Virus record (IMG/VR): IMGVR_UViG_3300012347_000193
Location: 1-64,000 of that record
DNA length: 64,000 nt
From: a virus
Reading direction: 5' to 3' (one strand)
Both the position numbers and the translations under genes were made by a program. Positions 18,975 through 27,083 of this stretch are shown here, piece after piece. The notes below the pieces were generated by a model. That model was not told where the DNA came from. It saw only the letters and a program-made list of their open reading frames with translations, and did not search any database. Position 1 is the stretch's first letter. Each line of letters begins with the position of its first letter.

Positions 18975-21158
18975 TTAGATTGTTCTATACTGGACTGTCC
19001 AGACTGTTTCGTTACCTGATGATGGGTTAACGTTTAGTAGCACTAAATTATTTTCTCCATCATATACTACGTTAAATGTTCCAGTAGATGCACCTGAATG
19101 TACGCCACCGTATGTTGACCACTCAACTTCGTCAACACTATTGTGAACTGCTGAGATTGTTGCGACACTATATTTCTTAGGTGTGCTTACACTATCTTCG
19201 CCCTTGACAAAGAATTCAACTGCTCTAAAGTTTGCAACTGGTAGACCAATAATTGTGCGCTCTGTAGTAGCAGTAGTAGTTAGTGTAGCCGAGCCAACTT
19301 TACTATCACCGATTACTAAGTCGCCAGTGTTTGTTGTGCCAGTAACTGTTAAATCTTCATCAATCGTAGTTAATGTTTCTGAAATTACAACAACGTTTGA
19401 AACACCTGCTACGCTGATAGCAATATTACCACCCAATCCAGTAGGACTATCTGGTCCAGGACCAGTTACTGTTACATTGCTTGTACCGTTTGCTAATCTA
19501 TATGTATCGATTGTAGCCCAGTACAATTCACCTGCACCGTCAGTGCTCAAGACTTGGCGAATGTCACCATCGACTAATGGATACTGTAATCCGCTAGCTT
19601 CTAATGATGCAATGCTTGCATGAGTGTCTACAGTTAGTGTTCCTGCTACATCTAAATTTGTTAATGTTCCTACAGTAGTAATCTGTGTTTGTGACGCAGT
19701 TAGTATTGTACCTGATACATTACCGATAAACTTTTCAGCATGAATGTTTGCATACGTACCAGTAACAACTTCGTTTGTTACTGTTACACCAGTCATTGCA
19801 CGGAATTCGTCATTACCTGTGCTCCAGTACAATGCTTGATTGTTTACAGCAGTGTCATCTGAAGTTCTGTTACGTAACCACAAGCCACGGTCTTTACCAT
19901 CATAGGCTGATAAATTTCCACCGCTTCCAGAACCACCTAAACTAATTAAAGGATCTTTTATATCTAACGATGCTACGTTAATGTATGTTGTTGTACCACC
20001 AACTGTTAAGTTTCCTGATACAGTTACATCACCTTGCAACAATGCCTCATCTGCAATAGTTAGCTTGTTAGCGGTAATTCTGTTTGCAGCAGTTAATGCA
20101 TCAACTTGAATTACATTACCAATAGCACGAATGTAACCTAATGAGCTTCCTACGAATACATTTGAGCCAGCCCAGACATTGCGCCATGCTAGTGTAGAAC
20201 TACCCAAGTCAACGGTGTTGTCATTCGCAGGGATTAAACTTGTTAGAACTCTTGCACTAACACTTAAATTTCCAGTTTCTACATCAGTCGCAGTGATTGT
20301 TGTATCAACGTCTAAGTAATCCAATGTACCAACAGTATGAATGTTAGGTTGTGCGCTAGATGTTGCATCGAGTACACCATGGAAGAAATTTGCAGTAGCT
20401 AAGTTACCTAAGTCTGCATTTCCGGTAATCAAGTTACCAACCAATGTCAATACGTTTGAAGTATAGTCAAACTGTAGATTTGAACTGTAATATAAATTGC
20501 TACCTTTAGTGAACGCAATAGTTTTGTCAGTGGCGCCAATGTTAACATTACCACCAGAAATACTACCAATCAAATTACCAATGAATCTTGGTGCCTCAAC
20601 ATTACCAGTAACTACTGCTTTGCCGTCAATTGCAATATTTCCAGTAGTATGTAAATTGCCTGTTTCGATGTTACCCGTAACTGTCAATACACTTGAAGTT
20701 TTATCAAACGTGAAGTTAGTACTTGCATCAAAATTATCACCGGTATTGAATTGAATCTGTGTGTCAGAGCCTGCTGCTTCTTGCAAGTCCCATGCTACAC
20801 CGTTTGCATATAGCAAGTTATCAGTACGCAAGTTACCAGTCAACAATGTGTTTGTTACATTTGAGTTACCAGTGACAGTCAACGTATTAGTAATACTATT
20901 GAACGAGAAGTTAGCTGATGCACCAAACTGTCCGTCTAGATAGTACTGAACTTGTCCGTTAGCAGAACCAGCAGCTTCTTGAAAGTCCCAAGGTACACCG
21001 TTTGCGTATAGCAAGTGGTCTGTCTTTACATTACCTGCGTCTACGTTTGCAGTAAACGTAGCAAAATCGGTAGTAATGTCACCGTTTGCTAAAATAATCG
21101 TTTCGGGTGTTTCACCTACTGAGAATCCGCCTACCGAGTTAAAGGTTCTAATTGCCAT
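18975..21158 (-). CDS. Fibre segment protein
   Basis: 727 aa; FNSVGG N-terminus, TD.LLYANGV.WD.QEAAGS x2, C-terminal FRAVEF...VHN...TYG domain; AGGA SD. Confidence 0.8.
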   Translation of the reverse strand: MAIRTFNSVGGFSVGETPETIILANGDITTDFATFTANVDAGNVKTDHLLYANGVPWDFQEAAGSANGQVQYYLDGQFGASANFSFNSITNTLTVTGNSNVTNTLLTGNLRTDNLLYANGVAWDLQEAAGSDTQIQFNTGDNFDASTNFTFDKTSSVLTVTGNIETGNLHTTGNIAIDGKAVVTGNVEAPRFIGNLIGSISGGNVNIGATDKTIAFTKGSNLYYSSNLQFDYTSNVLTLVGNLITGNADLGNLATANFFHGVLDATSSAQPNIHTVGTLDYLDVDTTITATDVETGNLSVSARVLTSLIPANDNTVDLGSSTLAWRNVWAGSNVFVGSSLGYIRAIGNVIQVDALTAANRITANKLTIADEALLQGDVTVSGNLTVGGTTTYINVASLDIKDPLISLGGSGSGGNLSAYDGKDRGLWLRNRTSDDTAVNNQALYWSTGNDEFRAMTGVTVTNEVVTGTYANIHAEKFIGNVSGTILTASQTQITTVGTLTNLDVAGTLTVDTHASIASLEASGLQYPLVDGDIRQVLSTDGAGELYWATIDTYRLANGTSNVTVTGPGPDSPTGLGGNIAISVAGVSNVVVISETLTTIDEDLTVTGTTNTGDLVIGDSKVGSATLTTTATTERTIIGLPVANFRAVEFFVKGEDSVSTPKKYSVATISAVHNSVDEVEWSTYGGVHSGASTGTFNVVYDGENNLVLLNVNPSSGNETVWTVQYRTI

Positions 21159-21169
21159 TTTTCTTTTCC

Positions 21170-21859
21170 TTATTCTTTATAACTTGTTGCCATTATTTTG
21201 TATGTGATGCTATGTGATGTTGCAGGTTTAACAGTTAACGCTACATATCCTGAAACGTTTTCTACTTTAAAATCTGCAACGCCGGGACTAGTTACAGGAA
21301 CATCAATTGTTCCGTATTCAAAATATCCTACTTCACCGTCTAATACACTAGCAAACAGTTTGCTTGTTTGTCTACATCCAATCGTTCTATCAGTTGCAAT
21401 AATAGTGTAATCAACTGAACATATCGTTGATCCTAATTGTGAATGAAGTACTTGCCCAGCTGATGCACTTGTTGTAGTTGCAAACATCACTGATGCAGTT
21501 GAGAATTCGTTAGAACCTATTCCCAATGTGTATGCATTTGCAATTGCTCTACCATCAACCGTGAGTATTCGAGCATCGTAGTCAAAGGTAAGATGTGAAT
21601 CAGTACCTGCAAGACCTTGCTTGTTTATCAAAACATCTTTGTCATTACCAGTAACTGTTAGTTCACCTTCAATTTGACCTTGAAAACTTCCAACAAATAA
21701 TCCTGCACTTACATTACCACTAACTGTTACATCACCACCAACACTAACCGTATCAAACGTAGCAGAAGGTGCAGTAATTGCACCTGTCTCACTAATGATA
21801 GGTTGAGGAGGAATACCTACTGTATAACCGCCTACTGAATTGAATGGATCTACTGCCAT
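21170..21859 (-). CDS. Proximal fibre segment protein (start revised to MAVDPF)
   Basis: FNSVGG N-terminus aligns with neighbours; GGGA SD precedes 21859; C-terminal ...FEYG domain; late box at 21888-21893. Confidence 0.7.
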   Translation of the reverse strand: MAVDPFNSVGGYTVGIPPQPIISETGAITAPSATFDTVSVGGDVTVSGNVSAGLFVGSFQGQIEGELTVTGNDKDVLINKQGLAGTDSHLTFDYDARILTVDGRAIANAYTLGIGSNEFSTASVMFATTTSASAGQVLHSQLGSTICSVDYTIIATDRTIGCRQTSKLFASVLDGEVGYFEYGTIDVPVTSPGVADFKVENVSGYVALTVKPATSHSITYKIMATSYKE

Positions 21860-21924
21860 GAATGGTCCCAAATATAATCTTATACATTATTTATCATAAT
21901 TCGACAATAGCATCTGACAGCCGT

Positions 21925-21951
21925 AAAAAAGAGCACCGAAGTGCTCTTTTT
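21925..21951 (-). terminator. Intrinsic terminator with UUCG loop (potentially bidirectional)
   Basis: Minus strand AAAAAGAGCAC-TTCG-GTGCTCTTTTTT. Confidence 0.85.
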
Positions 21952-21971
21952 AAATTTGCAAAATTTAGTTA

Positions 21972-22313
21972 TTAAGCTAAAGTTGCGCCTGTCAATGACT
22001 TAGCAGTAACTGTAACTGATGCGCCAGTTGCAGCAGAAACAGCAGCGTCAATCATAGAAGCAGCAGTTGCGCCGTCTTCTGATGTAACAGTGTCTTCTGA
22101 AACTACAACAACGAATGCACCAGATGCTGGTGTACCCAAAGCGTAGATTTCAGCAACTTGCTGAATACCTTGAACTGCTAATTGGAAATCGCTTCCAACG
22201 TCAGCATAATCAGTATCTGCGCCAGAGAAGGCTACTGACAAGAAAGCCAATTTGCGTGTTGCAAAGTTTGTTTGTGGTAGTGTGCTACCGTGTAATTTAT
22301 TTGTGAATGCCAT
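21972..22313 (-). CDS. Small capsid-associated/decoration-like protein, paralog A (113 aa; start revised)
   Basis: MAFTNKLHG start preceded by AAAGGA SD and identical to paralog B start; own late box at 22361-22366. Confidence 0.7.
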   Translation of the reverse strand: MAFTNKLHGSTLPQTNFATRKLAFLSVAFSGADTDYADVGSDFQLAVQGIQQVAEIYALGTPASGAFVVVVSEDTVTSEDGATAASMIDAAVSAATGASVTVTAKSLTGATLA

Positions 22314-22377
22314 GATATATTTTCCTTTAAATTTTGCCTTCATATAGAAGTGCATAATATTATTTATGCTCGGAAAC

Positions 22378-22404
22378 AAAAAAGCACCCCGAAGAGTGCT
22401 TTTT
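22378..22404 (-). terminator. Intrinsic terminator with UUCG loop
   Basis: Minus strand GCACTC-TTCG-GGGTGC-TTTTTT (one G-U pair). Confidence 0.8.
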
Positions 22405-22422
22405 GCTTCATTAGATGAATGA

Positions 22423-22791
22423 TTAATCGTAGTTCAAGTTGTCGCCATCTAAACGTGCATTCCATGCCCATGCTCCGCTTTCGCCTGAAGTTTCACGAAT
22501 TGCTCTTGACAACGGGCTATTTTCGCCACCGTCATAAGCTGATTGACCGTCATCGTACGGTAATGTGTCGTCAGACAAGATTACTGTGAACAATTGTCCG
22601 TTTGGTTGACCCAATGAGTAGATTTCAGCAACTTGCTGAATACCTTGAACTGCTTTTTGATACAATGAATCGATTTGGTCGAAATCTGTTTCAACGTCTG
22701 TGTTCATGTCAACAACAACATAAGCTAGTTTACGTGTTGCAAAGTTTGTTTGAGGTGTAGTGATACCGTGTAATTTATTTGTGAATGCCAT
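22423..22791 (-). CDS. Small capsid-associated/decoration-like protein, paralog B
   Basis: 122 aa; shares MAFTNKLHG.T.PQTNFATRKLA and AVQGIQQVAEIY with paralog A; late box at 22838-22843. Confidence 0.7.
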   Translation of the reverse strand: MAFTNKLHGITTPQTNFATRKLAYVVVDMNTDVETDFDQIDSLYQKAVQGIQQVAEIYSLGQPNGQLFTVILSDDTLPYDDGQSAYDGGENSPLSRAIRETSGESGAWAWNARLDGDNLNYD

Positions 22792-22855
22792 TTTTAATTT
22801 CCTTTTAAAGTGTGTCTTCGTAAGAAGTACATATTATTATTTAGTCTACTAAAAC

Positions 22856-22879
22856 AAAAAAGCACTCCGAAGAGTGCTT
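22856..22879 (-). terminator. Intrinsic terminator after major capsid gene
   Basis: Minus strand GCACTC-TTCG-GAGTGC-TTTTTT. Confidence 0.85.
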
Positions 22880-22923
22880 GATTGTAACTTCCCATCCCGA
22901 GGGTTGATTAGTTTTCTATTTGA

Positions 22924-24126
22924 TTAATAGAATGATAGGTTAGCAGCATTGATACCGATAGCAGCCAAGTAATCAGCAGCGTTACCGAATGATGATGCTG
23001 TGTTTGTCAACTCAACATAACCGTAACGAGTCATAAATGATACGACTGGTTCGAATGTTTGTGGGTCTAGAACAACACCAGAACTCATCAATGGGATGTA
23101 TGGGCAATAGAATGCCGCTGCATCTGTCTCTGATGAACCTTTGTAACCAACCAATACTGGTGTGTTATCAGCAGCATATGTGTTAACGAAAACACGCATT
23201 GCGCCGTTCAATGTACCAACTAACTTAGTGTTTGTTGGAGCTTCGAAAGTACCTTCTGTTGTACGAGCAAACGCTGAAGTAGTTGCAGATTGCAATACTG
23301 TCAATGCAGCTGGAGAAACAACAGCCCAGTTACCAGCACCACGACGAGTGCGTTGAGCGATACGGTTAGCAGCGCGGTTGATAAGAACAGCCAATGCAGC
23401 GTGTTCGTCACCAACGAAAGTTGCTGTACCAGAAACGTTAGCTTGGTTGTACGTATCTTCAACAGTTGCCAATGAACCTAGAGACAATAGAATCTCTTGG
23501 TCGATTTCAGCAGTGATTTCTTGTGCTAGAGCAGCCATGATTTCTGCTTCAACGTCAATACCATGTTGAGACTGTGCATCTTGCGCAGCTTCGAATGTCC
23601 AACGTGCTTGCAACTTACGTGACTTAGCTTCAACAGCTTGACGCAAGATTTGTACGCTGATTTGCTTACCGCCGTTACCTTCTAAAGAAGAAGTGTTAGC
23701 GCCAGTGTAGCTAGATGTAGAAGTTTGACCGTTACGTGCTGTTGAGTACGCTTGAGCAATCTTGAATGGTGACAATGCTTCTTCGCCTGCAGTAACTGAA
23801 GTGTTTGCACCTGAGTTATCTGTTAGACCTTGAGCATAACGTACACGCAATGTGTGAATTTGACCGACTGGACCAGTCATTGGCTGAACACCAACCAACT
23901 CGTTAGCGATAACTGTTGGCATTACACGACGGATAACTGGAAGAATAACGCGGTTTAGAGTAGCGATATTACCAGATGTAGTTGTGCCGGCTGACGATTC
24001 AGACAACAATGCTTTTTTGGTGTTTTCTAAGATAACACCCATAGTTGAACGGCGAGTACCTTTTAAACCTTCTAGCAGGGTATCTTTGGTCTCGTCCCAA
24101 CGGCTTTCTAATAGAACTTGTGACAT
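22924..24126 (-). CDS. gp23: Major capsid protein, T4 gp23-like
   Basis: GVQPMTGPVGQI, AKSRKLQARWT.E.AQD..HGID.E, EI..EID.EI, FYCPYIPL, TFEP...FMTRYG; AGGAG SD. Confidence 0.95.
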   Translation of the reverse strand: MSQVLLESRWDETKDTLLEGLKGTRRSTMGVILENTKKALLSESSAGTTTSGNIATLNRVILPVIRRVMPTVIANELVGVQPMTGPVGQIHTLRVRYAQGLTDNSGANTSVTAGEEALSPFKIAQAYSTARNGQTSTSSYTGANTSSLEGNGGKQISVQILRQAVEAKSRKLQARWTFEAAQDAQSQHGIDVEAEIMAALAQEITAEIDQEILLSLGSLATVEDTYNQANVSGTATFVGDEHAALAVLINRAANRIAQRTRRGAGNWAVVSPAALTVLQSATTSAFARTTEGTFEAPTNTKLVGTLNGAMRVFVNTYAADNTPVLVGYKGSSETDAAAFYCPYIPLMSSGVVLDPQTFEPVVSFMTRYGYVELTNTASSFGNAADYLAAIGINAANLSFY

Positions 24127-24153
24127 TTTTATAATCTCCTAATTTATGTCTTT

Positions 24154-25254
24154 TTATAGCCCTGCCAAACGCTTCAAAGCGATAACGTTATCACGTTCTT
24201 CAACTTCGACATGTTTAATGGCAGCTTTATTACCAGTAACTTCTTTAACGCTTTCACTGATTACTTGTTTTTCAACTTTCTTCGATGCATTTGCGGTATT
24301 CAATACTGCTGGTAAATACTTGTCGAAAGCGGCTTGCAGACGAGGTGTCTGTACGCTTTCTAGTAAGTTACGCATTACGCTTGCTTTTTCTTCATTTAAA
24401 GAACCTAGCAATGTATCCATAGCTTTTTGGCGGCTATTAGATTCTTTGATAATACGAACTTCACGTTCTTTGCTTTCTACTAATTTCTTAGCAGTAGCAA
24501 CTTGTTGTGTAGATTCAGCTAACTGAGCTTCTTTCTGTGTTAATGCTTGCATTAACTTACGTGTCTCAGCCTTCTCATTCAAATGAGTAGCACTGAATTC
24601 TGTAGCGAAAGATTCGAAAATACGGCGACCAAAATCGTTTTCACGAGCAGTCTTGATATCTTCTTTCAATTGCGTCATTTCACCCTTTAGATGTTTAGAA
24701 ACAGCTTCGTTTACACGTTTAGCAGACTCAGACACAAAACGTGCCTTTAGTGCTTCTAACTGTGAACGACCTTCTGCAACTAACTTGACCTTAGCTTCTA
24801 CAACAGCTTGCTTGTCTTGTGAGAATTCTCTGATTTCACGCGCCAATGCGCCAACAACGAATTGTTCTAATTTGTTTTGGCTTTCTGTTTGTAGCTTACG
24901 TTCTGCACGTAGTTCTTTGATTTCTTCGGCTAAGTGTTTAACCATGAAGTCATTGAACTTGCTTACGTTTTCACGTAACTTTGATTGTGCTTTAACGCGG
25001 TCTTCGTTCATTGCTTGCTTTTCAGCTTGAAATTCTTCAATTTCTACTGTCAAGCCTTCTGTAACCATTCTATCTAGGGCTTCTACCATAACTGTCTTGT
25101 CATGTTCATAACGTTGTGCGAATTCTTCACGCAGTTCTGAACGTACTTGCTCACGAGCTTCATTCAACTTAGATTCCCATGCTTCATTCAAAGCAGAAGA
25201 TGTTTCTTCGTTGATAAGTCCACTCTCAAGTAATGGTTTGATAGCATCTAACAT
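24154..25254 (-). CDS. gp22: Prohead core scaffold protein, gp22-like
   Basis: 366 aa coiled-coil, Glu/Lys-rich, located between protease and capsid genes. Confidence 0.8.
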   Translation of the reverse strand: MLDAIKPLLESGLINEETSSALNEAWESKLNEAREQVRSELREEFAQRYEHDKTVMVEALDRMVTEGLTVEIEEFQAEKQAMNEDRVKAQSKLRENVSKFNDFMVKHLAEEIKELRAERKLQTESQNKLEQFVVGALAREIREFSQDKQAVVEAKVKLVAEGRSQLEALKARFVSESAKRVNEAVSKHLKGEMTQLKEDIKTARENDFGRRIFESFATEFSATHLNEKAETRKLMQALTQKEAQLAESTQQVATAKKLVESKEREVRIIKESNSRQKAMDTLLGSLNEEKASVMRNLLESVQTPRLQAAFDKYLPAVLNTANASKKVEKQVISESVKEVTGNKAAIKHVEVEERDNVIALKRLAGL

Positions 25255-25265
25255 GCATTTTCCCC

Positions 25266-25901
25266 TTATTTAATTTTGAGGTCATTGATAAGTCGAATTA
25301 CTTCTTCTCTCAAAAACTTCTGTACTTTTTTGTCACTCTGAGCATCTTTTGCAATCTCTAACGTTCTATGACCATGACGCATATTCATCATACCTTCATA
25401 GATTGCTTTAGGATAAGCATTAGGTGCGCTCGGTTGAGCAACAATATCCACAGTGACTATTTCAAAGTCACTAACTTGGCCGTTCATGTCGTTAACGTTT
25501 CCGCTACCACGTGAGCTGACTCCGAGTTTGACACCACTCTCCAACATGGTCGAAACTAATTGACCCATTGGAGTTGGTAAAATCTTTAGCTTGCCGAAAC
25601 CGTTAGGACCATCCATCCACATTTGAGTAATCATATGTGATACACGATCCAAGTTGATTTTTAAATCATCTGGGTGGTCGACTTCGCCGAGGACTGAGTA
25701 ACCGGTTTTGATTTGCTCGTTGAGAGTATCGACGGCAGCGCCGATTTCAGACACAGGGTAAACACGCTCATTTGCGTTTTTTACCCCGCCCTGAATGAAG
25801 ATCCCTTTCATGTAAAGAGACTTCTTGCTGCCATCACCTTCACTTTCAACAACGATATTAGCGTTGTCGAATGTTAGGTTTTCTCTGAGATACAAAGCCA
25901 T
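25266..25901 (-). CDS. gp21: Prohead protease, gp21-like
   Basis: GIFIQ...NAN.RVYP, GEVDHP (His), GVSSRG.G (Ser), DIVAQPSAPNA. Confidence 0.95.
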   Translation of the reverse strand: MALYLRENLTFDNANIVVESEGDGSKKSLYMKGIFIQGGVKNANERVYPVSEIGAAVDTLNEQIKTGYSVLGEVDHPDDLKINLDRVSHMITQMWMDGPNGFGKLKILPTPMGQLVSTMLESGVKLGVSSRGSGNVNDMNGQVSDFEIVTVDIVAQPSAPNAYPKAIYEGMMNMRHGHRTLEIAKDAQSDKKVQKFLREEVIRLINDLKIK

Positions 25902-25915
25902 TTGCTCAGGTATCC

Positions 25916-26737
25916 TTATTTAACAATACGCTTAGTAGTCTTGCGAGACTCACCAACGATTGATTTTGTATTTACACCGTCATCACCGTGTTTAGCTTTT
26001 GGAGCTGCTGACGGGTCAACGTTCTTGTTGCCTGGTGCATTCTTGAATTGACCAGCGCCTTTTAGGTCTTTAGTAGTTGGGTTCAACAAACCACCTTGTG
26101 TACCGCCCTTAGTAGACTCGCCACCAGCAGCTACAGCTTTAGCGCCGTTACCACCAACTTTTGGTCCGCCTGAAACGATTGACTTTGTGTTTTGACCATT
26201 GTCACCATGTGTTACGGAAACTTTTTGCAACTGTACAGCTTCTTCTAAAGTTTCTTCTTCGTCTTCTTCAGACTCTTCCAATTCTTCTTCTTCTTCGCCT
26301 TCCATGAATTCTTCGCCGCCTTCTTCGCCGCCGAAGTCTTCTTCGCCGCCCATGTCGCCGCCTTCAGAACCCATTAGTTCTTCGAATTCAGCCATTAGTT
26401 CGTCTAACTTGTCTTCCAAGTCAACAACGCGGTCTTCGATATTTTCTTCACCGGTTTCTTCGCCACCGATTTCGTCTGAACCTAGTTCAACTTCTTCACC
26501 TTCTTCGTCACCGATGTCAGCAAATTCGTCTTCTTCTTCAGTCATGCCTTCTTCTTCAGCAGAGATTTCATCCATCAATCCGCCTACTTGGTCTTGACCA
26601 CCGAATTCTTCGTCCATGATTGACTCATAGATTTCACGTGACTTCTCAACCACGATATCGTGGAACATAGCACGAGCTTGTTCTTCATTTTCGTTGATGA
26701 TTAAATCAATCAACGCTTCAAATTTTTTGTTGTCCAT
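25916..26737 (-). CDS. Highly acidic prohead core protein (gp67/gp68 position)
   Basis: 273 aa with Glu/Asp tracts and a short coiled coil; AGGAG SD; late box at 26774-26779. Confidence 0.65.
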   Translation of the reverse strand: MDNKKFEALIDLIINENEEQARAMFHDIVVEKSREIYESIMDEEFGGQDQVGGLMDEISAEEEGMTEEEDEFADIGDEEGEEVELGSDEIGGEETGEENIEDRVVDLEDKLDELMAEFEELMGSEGGDMGGEEDFGGEEGGEEFMEGEEEEELEESEEDEEETLEEAVQLQKVSVTHGDNGQNTKSIVSGGPKVGGNGAKAVAAGGESTKGGTQGGLLNPTTKDLKGAGQFKNAPGNKNVDPSAAPKAKHGDDGVNTKSIVGESRKTTKRIVK

Positions 26738-26791
26738 TGTTTGTCTCCTGAATAGAAATGGCTTTTGTAAAAATATTTAGTGGCTAGACAT

Positions 26792-26820
26792 AAAAATAGC
26801 ACAATAAGTGCTAGTTTTTT
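26792..26820 (-). terminator. Probable intrinsic terminator
   Basis: Minus strand TAGCAC-TTATT-GTGCTA-TTTTT. Confidence 0.6.
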
Positions 26821-26843
26821 GCATTTTCCGCTAAGATATATGT

Positions 26844-27068
26844 TTATAAGGTCGGTTGGTCTGGATTTACCGGCTTATACTGTGTTCGAACTTTTTTCAA
26901 ATTGGTAGACTTTTCGTAATTACGAACGTCCATCATCTTACGCAACTTACGAATCTGACGAAGGGTAAGTTTTGTTTTTCTAGTTTCCTTCCATTTGACT
27001 TTGCTGTTATCAGTCTTTACATCTTGATAACCGTCAATTGGTTGGCTGTACATTTCGAATAATTTCAT
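26844..27068 (-). CDS. Small basic head-module protein (start revised to MKLFE)
   Basis: RKTKLTLRQIRKLRKM; TAAATA 5 nt upstream of ATG 27068. Confidence 0.65.
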   Translation of the reverse strand: MKLFEMYSQPIDGYQDVKTDNSKVKWKETRKTKLTLRQIRKLRKMMDVRNYEKSTNLKKVRTQYKPVNPDQPTL

Positions 27069-27083
27069 AGAAGTATTTATCAA

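Noticed and set aside
21925-22879. Three similar GCAC...GTGC palindromes as a CRISPR array
   Set aside because: Spaced ~450-480 nt by whole genes, with UUCG loops and U-tracts: terminators
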